Assembly (NCBI GenBank): GCA_964465205.1
Contig: CAYXJO010000008.1
Location: 2,164 to 66,163, forward strand
Direction: 5' to 3'
DNA length: 64,000 nucleotides
Source of the DNA: an uncultured Gammaproteobacteria bacterium
GTDB lineage: Bacteria; Patescibacteriota; Patescibacteriia; Magasanikbacterales; GWA2-37-8
Translations under genes and position numbers: made by a program
In this document: positions 19,483 through 31,057 of the stretch, in pieces
Numbering within the stretch: position 1 is the first letter of the stretch
Layout: each line of letters begins with the position of its first letter
The notes under the pieces: model-generated
The model's input: only the letters and a program-made list of their open reading frames with translations
What the model was told of the DNA's origin: nothing
Databases searched by the model: none

Positions 19483-21762
19483 TTATTGTTGCACTGGTGC
19501 GCCCACAAGTGATCGAATCTTATTTATAATATCTTTATTATCGGGATTCAAATCTTTCACTTTATAATAATATTCTAGAGCTTTAGCTTTGTCACCGCGT
19601 GATTCATACAACAAACCTAAGCTATATAAAGCATTAGAATAATTCGGCTGAATACGCACAGCCTCCAACCAAAATTTTTCGGCGTCAGCACGATCAGTAC
19701 CCTTATTGCGATTGTAAATCAAGCGGCCATAATTGAACAAAGCGTCAGGATTTTGTAGGGCCACCGGCATAATTGTCTTATACGACTCTACTGCTTTATC
19801 CATTTCTTGTTTTTGTTCATAAGCATTGGCCAAACCAACATATGAACCAACATAATCTTGTTTCAAACGAATCGCTTCCTGATAACTCTTGATTGCCTCA
19901 TCCCACTTACCGGCCAAACTGTAATTATTGCCAAGTCTCCACCACAATACTGGGTTGGTAGGTTCTAAATCCTTGGCTTGGGTAAGTGATTTGATCGCCC
20001 AATCACGCGCCTGTTCTACAATCAATGCCGCGTTCTCATACATGGTAGACAGGTTTTCCCAAATACCAACCGAAGCCGGAGAAATATCAGTGGCAGCTTT
20101 GGCTGCGTTTACTGCTTTGGCCACCAACACACTTACATCTTGCAAATTTGGATTTTGACCCTGACTCGCGTTAGATGCTTGCAACAAATAAACTTGCGCA
20201 AGCGCGGCATTATAAACATCAGAGCTACTGCGTTGTGCCAATGCTTCAGATATTTTTTGTTCCGCTACTTTGGCATCAGTCGCCTGCAACGCTTTGGCAT
20301 ATACAGTTTCAGCGTAGTAGAGCTTGGCACCCCAAACACCCACCATTACCACCGCAGCAATCACTACGATCAAAGTAAAAGAAAAAGACAAACTATATTG
20401 AGGAGTATCATCTACTTCCCAAGACAAATATTTTATAACTCGATCACTAAGGAAAGATAGTCCAACTACAGTTAGACTTAATAAGGATACCCAGAGCCAC
20501 CACAACACTGGCCCAAAAAATAACACCGCCATACTACCGGTCAAAACAATCCAAGCCACCGCTACCAACAGGATATCCAGCCCCACCTCTTCTCCACCAA
20601 ATGGACTAATAGTAATTTTCCCGGCTTTGGCTTTCTTGTACCAAGCTTGGAAAATATGCCCCAACAAAAGTACGAACAAAAATATAAAAGTTAAAAAGAC
20701 CACAATGCCCCCCTCGGCTAAAAGCGCTATTAGGGTGCTAAATGGTTGGTTGAAACGTAAAGACCATGCTGTAGAATCATAATTGAAATCAGCCGGACGA
20801 AATTTGGAAAACTCATAACCAAACGTTCCCAAGCCACTACCAATCACGAAACTTTTTACACCCGAAAACGCGGAATTGTAAGCGATTGTCCATGATGGCT
20901 TGAGCCCAAGTGCCACTTCGGCCGGTACAGCGGATTGTAAGGACTTTGGCGTACCAAACGCAATAAATACCACAGTAAGGATCAAACCCGCAAACAGTGC
21001 TGATACACACCCCATACGAACTTCGGACACAAAACTAACACCCACTAATAATAAAAGTGCCAAGCCAATCAATAACACCCACCACAAGACGTTGAAACTT
21101 AAAAGTACTAATGATGTAAACGCCAAAATAGTAACAAAAAAGTACAACAACGAACGCCCGGTGGGAATTTCTTTGCGCAACAAGTGACCGGCCGACAACA
21201 ACAGAACCACAATTAACCACAAACCAAACTGACTATTCAGTTTATCTATAAGATTCCATGCACCCGGAGCCAAAAAGCCGATGAGATCCCACTTGAAAAC
21301 CATCTTAAAAATAAAAGTAAGTGCGGTTAGTCCACCTACTGCAATAATCGCGTCGATGATTCCACGCCAACGCTTTACGGTAGTCAAATGATTTGTGTTG
21401 AGAAAAAAGTACAATACCAAGAAGAACAAAAACATGAAGTTGAACACAAAATATTCATTACGGCCAAGAAAGCTGTCGTTGGCATTAACAGAAAAAATAC
21501 CCGACACCAATGTCACTAACAAGAATACTAGAAGCGGTAAATCAAAAATTGAACGGCGGTATTCAAATTGTTTTGACAATACTACGCGCGCCGCATATAA
21601 CAAAAATGCTACCGATACCAAACCAATGAATACATACTGTTTTGGTATGATAAACGAATTTAATAAATTGCGATCCACAAATAACGACATTGCTATTCCC
21701 GCGACTAAAAGCACCACATAGGTAAGCGTATCCAACACCTTATAGGCTGATTGGTTTGACAT
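19483..21762 (-). CDS. O-antigen ligase-like polytopic membrane protein with C-terminal TPR repeats
   Basis: About 12 TM helices, GSGLGTF motif, several TPR units. Confidence 0.75.
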   Translation of the reverse strand: MSNQSAYKVLDTLTYVVLLVAGIAMSLFVDRNLLNSFIIPKQYVFIGLVSVAFLLYAARVVLSKQFEYRRSIFDLPLLVFLLVTLVSGIFSVNANDSFLGRNEYFVFNFMFLFFLVLYFFLNTNHLTTVKRWRGIIDAIIAVGGLTALTFIFKMVFKWDLIGFLAPGAWNLIDKLNSQFGLWLIVVLLLSAGHLLRKEIPTGRSLLYFFVTILAFTSLVLLSFNVLWWVLLIGLALLLLVGVSFVSEVRMGCVSALFAGLILTVVFIAFGTPKSLQSAVPAEVALGLKPSWTIAYNSAFSGVKSFVIGSGLGTFGYEFSKFRPADFNYDSTAWSLRFNQPFSTLIALLAEGGIVVFLTFIFLFVLLLGHIFQAWYKKAKAGKITISPFGGEEVGLDILLVAVAWIVLTGSMAVLFFGPVLWWLWVSLLSLTVVGLSFLSDRVIKYLSWEVDDTPQYSLSFSFTLIVVIAAVVMVGVWGAKLYYAETVYAKALQATDAKVAEQKISEALAQRSSSDVYNAALAQVYLLQASNASQGQNPNLQDVSVLVAKAVNAAKAATDISPASVGIWENLSTMYENAALIVEQARDWAIKSLTQAKDLEPTNPVLWWRLGNNYSLAGKWDEAIKSYQEAIRLKQDYVGSYVGLANAYEQKQEMDKAVESYKTIMPVALQNPDALFNYGRLIYNRNKGTDRADAEKFWLEAVRIQPNYSNALYSLGLLYESRGDKAKALEYYYKVKDLNPDNKDIINKIRSLVGAPVQQ

Positions 21763-21965
21763 ATTTAAATTAAAAAAATAAGTAATTGTTGCGACTTTAT
21801 TTTATTATAGCATATTTAATAGCAAGGAACAATGTGGATAAGCCCCAAATCCCAACACTTAAATTCCTAAATTTATTCTAGCTTTCAACTACAAAAAACG
21901 GTTATTAAATAGTTGTGTTTTACAAACACACAACCCGCTTCAAACTGTTTATGAACAAAATCATT

Positions 21966-22436
21966 TGTTTCACGTGAAACATAATGCCCAAAAATATAAC
22001 ACGTGAAACATAAGAACTGGGTAGTTAAATAACGACCCGAAACGATTTCTCCATAACTATACAATTTTAGAACACACTAATACAAACACAGCTAAGAGCC
22101 ACAAACTTATCAACCACAACTCCAAATGAAGCTGGCTTGACTTTTGTTTCCCGTGAAACACAACACAAACAAAATTAAGTGTCGACGGGGACTATAGTTT
22201 CATAAAACAAACTTTTATAACTTAGAACACAACCAACCTAAACCAACGTCGTATCGCATGATGTATATAATAGATTAACCGTAAAATCACTTTTGCCACC
22301 CTTGACATACTAAATAAACAAACGATCACACATAGCATATCGTTTACGGCCTAGCCTACACAGTAACCAAAAAAACAATTTATTATGTATTTTCTACATA
22401 CACACATATATTTTTGACAATGTTTCACAGGAAACA
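21966..22436. promoter_or_regulatory. parS cluster (4 sites)
   Basis: TGTTTCACGTGAAACA 21966-21981 (perfect consensus); TATAACACGTGAAACA 21995-22010; TGTTTCCCGTGAAACA 22145-22160; TGTTTCACAGGAAACA 22421-22436. Confidence 0.88.
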
Positions 22437-22475
22437 TCTCGTATAACTAGCAAAATATCATGTATTATGCTCGTA

Positions 22476-22538
22476 ATTTGTATACACTAGTCTATACAAA
22501 CTCACAAATCCACTGATTTATGCACAGTTTTATCCACA
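22476..22538. promoter_or_regulatory. Inverted copy of the 28-bp palindrome plus two DnaA boxes
   Basis: ATTTGTATACACTAGTCTATACAAACT 22476-22502; TTATGCACA 22518-22526; TTATCCACA 22530-22538. Confidence 0.7.
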
Positions 22539-22778
22539 GGGCAATATAATAAAATTATCACCATAATAACTGTTGTTTGGGGTAATGACCGTCGCACAGC
22601 TGTTTCAAACGAATAAGAGCCAACGATGCCTTTTGAGAGTATAATCCTGGTCAACAATATCAATCTATGGCTAAAATTTAGAGTTTTTAAGGATTAAAAA
22701 AGGGCCTTTCGGCCCAAAAGTGTTTGCTAGAAACAAGTCAAAGCAACAAATTACAAAAAGTGTCTTAAAGCAATAGTC

Positions 22779-23204
22779 CTAAAGAATATCTCCATACTCA
22801 TAGGCCAATCTGGCAAGCCGGTTCTGCTCAGCTCGATAATACCCCTTTCTTTTTGGTATTTTCCGACGGTTGAGGTGTTCCTTTGGATTGGGTGGAAAAC
22901 ACGTAACCAGAGCATACACGGCTTCAGATTTGGTGCTTGGCTCCAACACAAACACCATTCCTATGTCCTTATTGAATAAGTAGACGCTTTCCGGATGTAG
23001 TTGTAGCCGAATCTTCCAGTTGTTGAGTTTCGTAACCGAAATCTGCGTAGACTCGTGCAACTGCTCGAGAATCAACTCTCGTATCTCGACTGCATTGCGG
23101 GGCACACTGATACCACATTCGTTCTGACAGCGAATGCGATATTGCAAAATCGCATGTCGCGTGAATATCATGTTGGACAACATGGTGTCCGACTGCGTCA
23201 TCAT
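22779..23204 (-). CDS. Hypothetical protein, possible RelE/DUF4258-like fold
   Basis: Strong SD AGGAGGTG; IFTRHAILQYRIR...LVTCF pattern. Confidence 0.5.
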   Translation of the reverse strand: MMTQSDTMLSNMIFTRHAILQYRIRCQNECGISVPRNAVEIRELILEQLHESTQISVTKLNNWKIRLQLHPESVYLFNKDIGMVFVLEPSTKSEAVYALVTCFPPNPKEHLNRRKIPKRKGYYRAEQNRLARLAYEYGDIL

Positions 23205-23302
23205 GACACCACCTCCTTATTGTTAGTGTTATAGCACTTGAAAGATCGTATTATAAAATCTATCACCACTAGTGAATCATGTCAAGATAGACTAAACACA
23301 TG

Positions 23303-23375
23303 TGGACCAGAGGGGAGTCGAACCCCTCACCTCAGCAATGCGAATGCTGCGCTCTACCAGATGAGCTACTGGCCC
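23303..23375 (-). tRNA. tRNA-Ala(CGC)
   Basis: GGGCCAG/CTGGTCC-A with G3:U70; CAGCA-TTCGCAT-TGCTG. Confidence 0.95.
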
Positions 23376-23578
23376 GCGTGCGAATATTCTACCGTATTCA
23401 TACAAAAAGTCAACTCTTGACTTACGCGACTTTCGGCCAAGCTACTAATACATACTTAGTTAGTATGTATTAGACAACATTCTTTGGCTATGCAACCGAA
23501 GCTAGGTCAACTTTATCCTCATAGGATAGAACTTTAGAAACAAAAAATAAACAACCGCTCATCGGCTGTTTATTCTTG

Positions 23579-23650
23579 AGGTACCGGTGGGAATTGCACC
23601 CACGCATAGAGGTTTTGCAGACCTCTGCCTTACTACTTGGCTACGGTACC
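23579..23650 (-). tRNA. tRNA-Cys(GCA)
   Basis: GGTACCG/CGGTACC-U73; GAGGT-CTGCAAA-ACCTC; T-loop variant TGCAATT. Confidence 0.92.
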
Positions 23651-23700
23651 GTTTAATGGTAAAAGATTACCATTAATTAGATTTTTTTTCAAGAGCATTA

Positions 23701-25026
23701 TTACCTAATATAACCAAGCGGATTCACGCGCACGCCATTGATCTGGATTTCGAAATGTAAATGAATACCGGTGCGCCCACGCACCTTACCGGTATTTCCC
23801 ATAAGACCAATAGTCTGGCCAGCAGAAACACGATCGCCCACAGATACCAGCAGTTCGTCGTTATGACCATACAACGTACGCACGCCTCCGCCATGATCAA
23901 TAATAATATAACAACCATAGCCACTATTCCAACCGCACTGCGAAACCGCAACCGTACCCGCTTTAGCAGCATAATTGCGTGTATGCCAAGGACCAGCAAT
24001 ATCCAAACCATGATGACTCCAGCCATAGTATTGGGTAATCGTGCGCACCCCGCTCGGCCACACAAAACCAGAGGCAGATGCACCCGCAGTAGATCCCGGC
24101 ACCACCCGACGACTCACCGTACCAGTACTACGCGGCACAGTCGCGACCACCTGGCTCTGCGGCATAATACCATTCGGAATCATAATAGTCTCACCAATCA
24201 CCAAATCAGTGCCATTCTCATTCAGTTTATTAAACTTAGTAATGTCTTCTATCTTTGCACCATAGGTGGTGGCAATCTTTTTCAAATTATCTCCTTTCTT
24301 AATAGTATGCATCACACCGGTAGTGGGTGGAATCTTTATAACCTGACCGAGTTTGAGCAAAGATCTGAGACTCAAATTGTTGGCCCACATCACAGTAGCC
24401 ACACTCACATCAAAATTATACGCAATACTAGATAAAGAGTCACCGGGTTGAACTTCATAATTTACTACTTTATCACGCGTGGTAGCACCGACCGCTGCCC
24501 CAGAAATTAATATTGGCTTAGTGATCGCCATGCCCCCTGCCACTACATTACCCAATTCTTGATCATACACCAACAGGTCGCTGGCCAAACCACTACCATA
24601 GTCATTACTAAGAGCGCCTTCCCGCCAAGAAGGTGCGCTTTGTACTGCCGGGGTCAGGCTCACCGACACTTCTTCCAAGCTGTAATCCTCTGCATCCGCT
24701 ACAAACAATTTGTAAGCGATGGTTTTACGACCAAACAAATTCGGATCTACTTTATTATATAGCTTGGTTTGGGGTATAACTAAAATCAAAAATAGTATCA
24801 ATATAAGAAGTTGCAGATTGTCACGCTTAAAAATCCAACTCCCTTGGCCGGTAAAGCCAATCCGCTTCAATACATAGTTAACCTTGTAGTGCACAAACAC
24901 CAATGCGCGCCAAACCTTGCGAAAAGGAATACTAAATAGTCTGGCTGTACCATATCCCGCCCACCACAAAAAACGCTTGATTTGCATCAAACCGCGCAAG
25001 AAAAACAACAAAACGCGATATTTCAT
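23701..25026 (-). CDS. LysM-containing M23 peptidase
   Basis: Two LysM domains (YEVQPGDSL, HTIKKGDNL), HHGLD and HLHFE motifs. Confidence 0.9.
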   Translation of the reverse strand: MKYRVLLFFLRGLMQIKRFLWWAGYGTARLFSIPFRKVWRALVFVHYKVNYVLKRIGFTGQGSWIFKRDNLQLLILILFLILVIPQTKLYNKVDPNLFGRKTIAYKLFVADAEDYSLEEVSVSLTPAVQSAPSWREGALSNDYGSGLASDLLVYDQELGNVVAGGMAITKPILISGAAVGATTRDKVVNYEVQPGDSLSSIAYNFDVSVATVMWANNLSLRSLLKLGQVIKIPPTTGVMHTIKKGDNLKKIATTYGAKIEDITKFNKLNENGTDLVIGETIMIPNGIMPQSQVVATVPRSTGTVSRRVVPGSTAGASASGFVWPSGVRTITQYYGWSHHGLDIAGPWHTRNYAAKAGTVAVSQCGWNSGYGCYIIIDHGGGVRTLYGHNDELLVSVGDRVSAGQTIGLMGNTGKVRGRTGIHLHFEIQINGVRVNPLGYIR

Positions 25027-25201
25027 GGTTTTTGGTTACTTGACTGTTGTCGTATTTTATCATAGAATAACGCTCAAATCAACCCTCGCGGGTTTTTTCA
25101 ATCTTTAATTAATTTATAGTATATATGAGCCGCTCTCATATATACTCACTTGTTTAGAAACAGTTAAACCACTTTAATTGTTTCTCTCACTCAATTTGAG
25201 T

Positions 25202-27196
25202 ATGACCACTACCATTGTGGCACTTCTAGCGCTTCTACCGGCGGTCTTGGCTATCGCCTACGGTGTCGCGCTTATCGTTTGGATCAATCGTCAGCCTACT
25301 GGCGACGAACGTATGCAGTCTATCGCGCGCGCCATACAAGAAGGCGCGAAGGCTTACCTAGCTCGTCAATACAAAACAGTAGCTTGGGTAGCCGGTATAA
25401 TTTTTATTATTATCGGATTGGCAGTAGATTGGTTCACTGCACTAGGGTTCGTGGTGGGCGCGATTTTGTCCGCCCTTGCCGGTATTATTGGCATGAACAT
25501 TTCCGTACGCGCCAACTTGCGCACTGCTGAAGCTGCCAAGCAAGGTATAGTCAAAGCGCTTACTGTTGCCGTACGCGGTGGTTCGATTACCGGTTTGTTT
25601 GTGGCCGGTCTTGGTCTTTTGGGTGTATCTGGTTTTTATTTAATTTTCAATGACATTTCCGCTTTGGTTGGCTTGGCTTTCGGCGGATCTCTCATTTCAA
25701 TTTTTGCTCGTATTGGTGGTGGTATATTTACCAAGGCCGCCGATGTGGGTGCCGACCTCGTCGGTAAGGTAGAAAAAGGTATCCCCGAAGACGATCCACG
25801 CAACCCGGCGGTGATCGCCGATAATGTCGGTGATAATGTTGGTGATTGTGCCGGTATGGCCGCAGATTTATTCGAGACCTATGCGGTGACTGCTATCGCC
25901 GCAATGGTGTTGGGTGATTTGCTGTTCCCGGGCAATGATCGTGTGGTGGTGTATCCTTTGATACTCGGTGGTGTCTCTATCATCGCTTCTATCATCGGTA
26001 CCTTTGCTATTCGTTTGGGCAAAAGTCAAAACGTCATGAATGCTTTGTACAAAGGTTTGGCCGCTGCTGGCGTCCTCGCTCTCATCGCATTTTATTTTGT
26101 CACCAATTGGCTCATGAAAAATATCGACGGTGTATTAACTTGGAAAATTTTCCTCACCGCCGTTATTGGTTTGGCCATGACCGCGCTTATGGTCTGGCTC
26201 ACCGAATATTACACTGCCACCAAATATAATCCGGTAAAAAATCTGGCCAAAGCTTCTGAGACTGGACACGGCACCAATGTGATTGCTGGTTTGGCTTTGT
26301 CTATGCGCTCTACCGCATTGCCGGTGCTCGCTATTGTGGCAGCTATTTTGGGTGCTTATTGGCTCGCTGGTATCTATGGTGTGGCTATTGCCGCCATGAG
26401 CATGCTTTCGCTCACCGGTATTATCGTAACCATTGATGCATACGGTCCTATTACCGACAACGCTGGTGGTATCGCCGAAATGGCGGAACTACCAGAAAGC
26501 GTACGCGCCATTACTGATCCGCTCGATGCTGTAGGCAACACTACCAAAGCTGTAACCAAAGGTTACGCGATCGCTTCTGCCGGTTTGGCTTCGCTCGTAT
26601 TATTCGCTGATTATACTCACAAGCTACCTTCTACCGTACAATTTCTAATCAACGATCCGAAAGTCTTGGCTGGATTGTTTATCGGTGGTCTGTTGCCATA
26701 TTTATTCGGATCCATGCTTATGGAATCTGTAGGTAAAGTAGCTGGCAAAGTAGTAGAAGAAGTACGTCGTCAGTTCCGTGAAATTCCAGGAATCATGGAA
26801 CACACCAACAAACCGGACTATGGTAAAGCCGTAGACATCGTCACCAAAGGCGCTATTGGTCAAATGATTGTGCCGGCTTTGATTCCGGTGGCGGCGCCGA
26901 TTTTGGTTGGGTTCATCTTGGGCGTAGAAGCTCTAGGCGGTGTGCTACTTGGCACGATTATCACCGGCCTCTTCGTCGCGATTTCCATGACCACTGGTGG
27001 TGGCGCTTGGGACAACGCGAAAAAACATATTGAAATGGGAAACTACGGTGGTAAAGGATCCTTTGCTCATCAAGCCGCTGTCACTGGCGACACCGTGGGC
27101 GATCCATACAAAGATACTGCTGGTCCAGCTGTAAACCCAATGATCAAAGTAGCCAACATTGTGGCGCTACTCATCGTGGGACTCTTGATTAAATAA
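25202..27196 (+). CDS. hppA: Membrane-bound pyrophosphatase, likely K+-independent
   Basis: [26 protein letters not shown] (Lys at the K+-dependence position), [10 protein letters not shown]. Confidence 0.95.
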   Translation: MTTTIVALLALLPAVLAIAYGVALIVWINRQPTGDERMQSIARAIQEGAKAYLARQYKTVAWVAGIIFIIIGLAVDWFTALGFVVGAILSALAGIIGMNISVRANLRTAEAAKQGIVKALTVAVRGGSITGLFVAGLGLLGVSGFYLIFNDISALVGLAFGGSLISIFARIGGGIFTKAADVGADLVGKVEKGIPEDDPRNPAVIADNVGDNVGDCAGMAADLFETYAVTAIAAMVLGDLLFPGNDRVVVYPLILGGVSIIASIIGTFAIRLGKSQNVMNALYKGLAAAGVLALIAFYFVTNWLMKNIDGVLTWKIFLTAVIGLAMTALMVWLTEYYTATKYNPVKNLAKASETGHGTNVIAGLALSMRSTALPVLAIVAAILGAYWLAGIYGVAIAAMSMLSLTGIIVTIDAYGPITDNAGGIAEMAELPESVRAITDPLDAVGNTTKAVTKGYAIASAGLASLVLFADYTHKLPSTVQFLINDPKVLAGLFIGGLLPYLFGSMLMESVGKVAGKVVEEVRRQFREIPGIMEHTNKPDYGKAVDIVTKGAIGQMIVPALIPVAAPILVGFILGVEALGGVLLGTIITGLFVAISMTTGGGAWDNAKKHIEMGNYGGKGSFAHQAAVTGDTVGDPYKDTAGPAVNPMIKVANIVALLIVGLLIK

Positions 27197-27212
27197 TTCA
27201 AACAAAAAATAT

Positions 27213-27244
27213 AAAAAAGACGCTCGGCAACGGGTGTCTTTTTT
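27213..27244. terminator. Terminator after hppA
   Basis: AAAAAAGACGCTCG-gcaa-CGGGTGTCTTTTTT. Confidence 0.65.
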
Positions 27245-27344
27245 GTAACATTCTAAAAAACACTAAAGAACCAAACTTTCGTCAAGGGTTGACAACCGCC
27301 AAAAAATAATATAAAATTCCGCATACTTATTAAATAAAATCAAT

Positions 27345-28706
27345 ATGAAACACGAACTCAAAAAACTAGACAAGTCGATGGTGGAAATCAAAATCACTGT
27401 CCTGCCCGCCGAATATCAAAAAGATTTGGAGGCGGCCGCAGTGCGCCTATCCGAACGCGCCGCCATCAAAGGCTTTCGTCCGGGCAAGGCCCCATACAAC
27501 GCTGTCAAAGAACAGCTTGGTGAAGTAAAAATTTTCGAAGAAGCCCTACAAACAATCGTTGAGATGAATTATTTCCGCGCCGTCCAAGCCGAAAAAATAG
27601 AAACAATCGGACAACCGGAAATCACTATTGAAAAAATGGCCCCAAACAATGAATTTGTGTTCATTGCCAAAGTAGCTCTGTTGCCAAAAATAGAGTTAGC
27701 CGACATCACCAAAATCAAAGTGGAACGCAAGGCCAAAGAAATTACCGACAAAGAGGTAGATAATGTGGCAAATGATTTGCGCAAAATGCAGACCAAAGAA
27801 ACCATTAAGAACGGACAAGCAACCAAAGACGACAAGGTGGTAATAGACATGGACATGTTTGTAAACAATGTTCCAATGGAAGGCGGCCAAGCCAAAGGTT
27901 ACCAAGTCTATCTGAACGAACCACATTATGTAGAGGGTTTAGCCGATCAATTGGTGGGTCTGAAAAAAGATGACACCAAGGACTTTACACTCAAATTCCC
28001 CAAAGATCATTACGATAAAAACTATGCTGGTCGCGATGTGGATTTCAAAGTCAAGGTCCACGACGTGTTTGAATTACAAGCCCAGGCGTTTGATGATACC
28101 TTTGCCAAATCTCTGGGGCAAGAAAGTGCGGAAAAACTAAAGGGTCTGTTGCGCGACAATTTAATTAAAGAAAGCGAACACAAAGAGGACCAGCGCGTTG
28201 AGGGTGAAATCTTGGAAAAATTAATTGCCGAAAGTAAGTTTGAAGAGATCCCGGAAGTATTAATCAATTCGGAAAAACAAAAAATGTTCTACGAATTGAA
28301 GCACGACCTGGAACATCGCGGGATCGCTTTCGAAAAATATTTGAAAGATATCAAAAAAACTGAAGAACAAATTTACAACGACTTCACCGAAAACGCCACC
28401 AAACGTGCCAAGGCGGCGCTGGTCTCGCGCCAGGTGGCCAAAGACAATAACATTGAAATTTCCGACGAGGAATTGAAAAAAGAAATTGACTTAATCAAAA
28501 CCATGTATGATGGTGAAGAATTAAAACGCGTAGAAGAAAACATCAAACGCCAAGAAGTAAAAGACACCATCGCTATTTCAATACAAAATCGCAAAGTGAT
28601 GGATTGGCTCAAAGAAAAAATCTTGGGCGAGAAACCAAAAACCGAAGACAAGCATGAACACGGACACAGCCATGGCGCACCCGGACACAAGTGTGATCAC
28701 TGTTAA
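27345..28706 (+). CDS. tig: Trigger factor
   Basis: GFRPGKAP signature, FKBP-like middle domain; His/Cys-rich tail. Confidence 0.95.
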   Translation: MKHELKKLDKSMVEIKITVLPAEYQKDLEAAAVRLSERAAIKGFRPGKAPYNAVKEQLGEVKIFEEALQTIVEMNYFRAVQAEKIETIGQPEITIEKMAPNNEFVFIAKVALLPKIELADITKIKVERKAKEITDKEVDNVANDLRKMQTKETIKNGQATKDDKVVIDMDMFVNNVPMEGGQAKGYQVYLNEPHYVEGLADQLVGLKKDDTKDFTLKFPKDHYDKNYAGRDVDFKVKVHDVFELQAQAFDDTFAKSLGQESAEKLKGLLRDNLIKESEHKEDQRVEGEILEKLIAESKFEEIPEVLINSEKQKMFYELKHDLEHRGIAFEKYLKDIKKTEEQIYNDFTENATKRAKAALVSRQVAKDNNIEISDEELKKEIDLIKTMYDGEELKRVEENIKRQEVKDTIAISIQNRKVMDWLKEKILGEKPKTEDKHEHGHSHGAPGHKCDHC

Positions 28707-28767
28707 AAAAGTTTGAATCAAATATAAAAATCCTGTATGATAAGTGCAGGATTTTTAATTATTATTT

Positions 28768-29598
28768 ATGTATTTCGGCGCACATGTTTCGATTGCGGGC
28801 GGCATCCAAAATGCTCCGCTCAATGCGGCTGCAATTGGTTGCGAAGTTTTTCAATTTTTTACTCGCTCCCCACAAGGTGGTTGGGTGCCTCCGTGTGATG
28901 CGGATGTGGCGAAAATTTTTAAATTCAACTGTAAACAAACCAATCAAAAGGAATGGGTGGTACACACGCCTTATTTTATCAACTTTGCTTCGGCCAATCC
29001 GCGTATTTTCCACGCTTCTATTTCGGTGGTGCGTCAAGAACTAGACCGCGCCTCAATGCTGGGCGCAAAATATCTGATGACACATCTTGGTAGTTACAAA
29101 GATCTTGGCCACGATAGCGGACTGAAACAAGTTATTGCCGGACTTGCCGAAATGCTCAAGAATTACAAAGGCGAAACACAATTCCTCATAGAAATCTCTG
29201 CCGGTGCCGGAGAAATTATTGGTGATACATTTGAAGAAATTGCCGAAATTATTTTCGCGCCAAAATTAAAAAAATACGACATCGGCGTGTGTTATGACAC
29301 CCAACACGGATTCGCGAGTGGGTATGATGTGCGCACGCCCGCGGCGGTGGATACCACTTTCAAACAGTTTGATAAAACCATCGGGCTGGGTAAATTGAAA
29401 ATGTCACATTGCAATGATTCGCTCACCGAACTCGGATCGCGTAAAGATCGCCACACCGGTATCGGCGAAGGAAAAATCGGCCGAGCTGGATTTGAGGCGC
29501 TCATCAAAAATCCAAAATTAGAAAAAATAAATTGGTATCTGGAAACGCCAGATGATATGGCCAAAGATTTAAAAATTTTGAAAAAAATTCGGGGATAA
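28768..29598 (+). CDS. nfo: Endonuclease IV
   Basis: GAHVSIAGG, HTPYFIN, DTQH, HCNDS, DRH, LETP. Confidence 0.93.
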   Translation: MYFGAHVSIAGGIQNAPLNAAAIGCEVFQFFTRSPQGGWVPPCDADVAKIFKFNCKQTNQKEWVVHTPYFINFASANPRIFHASISVVRQELDRASMLGAKYLMTHLGSYKDLGHDSGLKQVIAGLAEMLKNYKGETQFLIEISAGAGEIIGDTFEEIAEIIFAPKLKKYDIGVCYDTQHGFASGYDVRTPAAVDTTFKQFDKTIGLGKLKMSHCNDSLTELGSRKDRHTGIGEGKIGRAGFEALIKNPKLEKINWYLETPDDMAKDLKILKKIRG

Positions 29599-29599
29599 T

Positions 29600-29833
29600 A
29601 TGATAACGAAAGTTCGCGTTCTCCCACGCTCGTCGCGCAATGAAGTAGTTGGTGAAATGGCCGACGGCACTCTCAAAGTAAAACTCACCGCGCCACCGGT
29701 GGATGGCCGTGCCAACATAGCGCTGGTGGATCTGCTATCCAATTATTTTACGGTCAAAAAAATACATATAAAAATTATATCCGGCTTGACGAGCAAAAAT
29801 AAAATTGTAAAAATTGAGGAGCACCACACTTGA
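29600..29833 (+). CDS. DUF167 (YggU/UPF0235) protein
   Basis: APPVDGRAN...G.TSKNK. Confidence 0.85.
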   Translation: MITKVRVLPRSSRNEVVGEMADGTLKVKLTAPPVDGRANIALVDLLSNYFTVKKIHIKIISGLTSKNKIVKIEEHHT

Positions 29834-29897
29834 CACGCGTCCATACCAACCATAAAATACATACCAGTTACTTTCACCCTCAACCCGGGAGGCAAAC

Positions 29898-30311
29898 ATG
29901 CGCACCAAAACACGCGACAAAAGATCGGTATTAATGATTAAATTACTAAATCATTTGACCAGCAAAGGTGCCATGCTCAATATTACATCAACGCAAACAC
30001 GTAACTTTTTGGTTTCTCAACTTTATTATCACCAACAAATTCACGCTGACACAAAACCAGAAGAAGTGATTGCGCTATCAACACAAATACTGTGGGATAA
30101 CCAAATCAACCCGTTTTGTGTGTTTGACCGTGACAGGGGCATCTCGGAGTATCAGCCAGACATACTAATTTGGGATATTGTTACAAACCAACTAAGAGAA
30201 GCCGGGGTCACACCGGAGCGCATAACCGAGCTCCTCGCAGAGGGAAAACAGGTTTGGGATGAAGGCACCACAATCGATCAAATGTGTGGACGTAGAATAG
30301 ACGGTGCTTAG
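29898..30311 (+). CDS. Hypothetical protein
   Basis: 137-aa ORF with GGAGG SD and an upstream TTGACA. Confidence 0.55.
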   Translation: MRTKTRDKRSVLMIKLLNHLTSKGAMLNITSTQTRNFLVSQLYYHQQIHADTKPEEVIALSTQILWDNQINPFCVFDRDRGISEYQPDILIWDIVTNQLREAGVTPERITELLAEGKQVWDEGTTIDQMCGRRIDGA

Positions 30312-30559
30312 GGCAAATCCACCCCACCCCTATTCCAGGGGTTACACCGCAACACCCTCCAAACGGCCTTTATGCCTCCGCGCATTAGGCCGTGTTTTTT
30401 TATAGATAAATACGAATATTCGCTACAACTAGGATAAAACCGGCAATACCCGTGCGGAAAACGATGCTTAAAAAAACCATGATCTGGCGAAATGGTTCTT
30501 TGATATAACCTAATCATCCACAAAACTGGATAGCGAAAATAATAAATTGGTGTTTTCAT
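30308..30559 (-). CDS. yidD: Membrane protein insertion efficiency factor
   Basis: YQRTISP...[10 protein letters not shown]...RCNPW; start placed at MKTP (30559). Confidence 0.9.
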   Translation of the reverse strand: MKTPIYYFRYPVLWMIRLYQRTISPDHGFFKHRFPHGYCRFYPSCSEYSYLSIKKHGLMRGGIKAVWRVLRCNPWNRGGVDLP

Positions 30560-30664
30560 AATAAAACCGGATAAAATTTCTTTTAAGCGGGTTTGGGCCA
30601 TTAGGCTCACCTCGAGCCCTCGCGGGCGAGAAAATCGAAAAAGATGTTTTGTCCGGTTCAAATA

Positions 30665-31057
30665 TTAGACCAAAGCTTTTATTTTCCGCAACAATGTTTC
30701 CACTTCTTGGCTAATTTCAGCGTAATTTTTGTCCTTAATACTTGGCTTTGGCACAAACATCAGAAAAAAACCACCTTGCAGACGACCGGCTTTGATTAGA
30801 AGCCTCACCACCTCACGTAACTGTCTACGCACTCGGTTGCGCACCACTGCGCGCTTATCCAACTTCAAACCCACAGAAAAGGCTAATTTCAGCTGTTTTT
30901 TAAAACTTTCTGGGTCATCTTTTTTGGGGAAAAACTGTTGATTTTTGGCCAAACTCAACCATTTGATGGTCAAAAAACTACCCCCAATCCATTGACCGTG
31001 GTTTACTATCAAGTCAAAGTCACGTTTTTTTCTTAATCGGTTGTCGTTTTGAAGCAT
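30665..31057 (-). CDS. rnpA: Ribonuclease P protein component
   Basis: RLRKKRDF...KRAVVRNRVRRQLRE; position after rpmH. Confidence 0.92.
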   Translation of the reverse strand: MLQNDNRLRKKRDFDLIVNHGQWIGGSFLTIKWLSLAKNQQFFPKKDDPESFKKQLKLAFSVGLKLDKRAVVRNRVRRQLREVVRLLIKAGRLQGGFFLMFVPKPSIKDKNYAEISQEVETLLRKIKALV

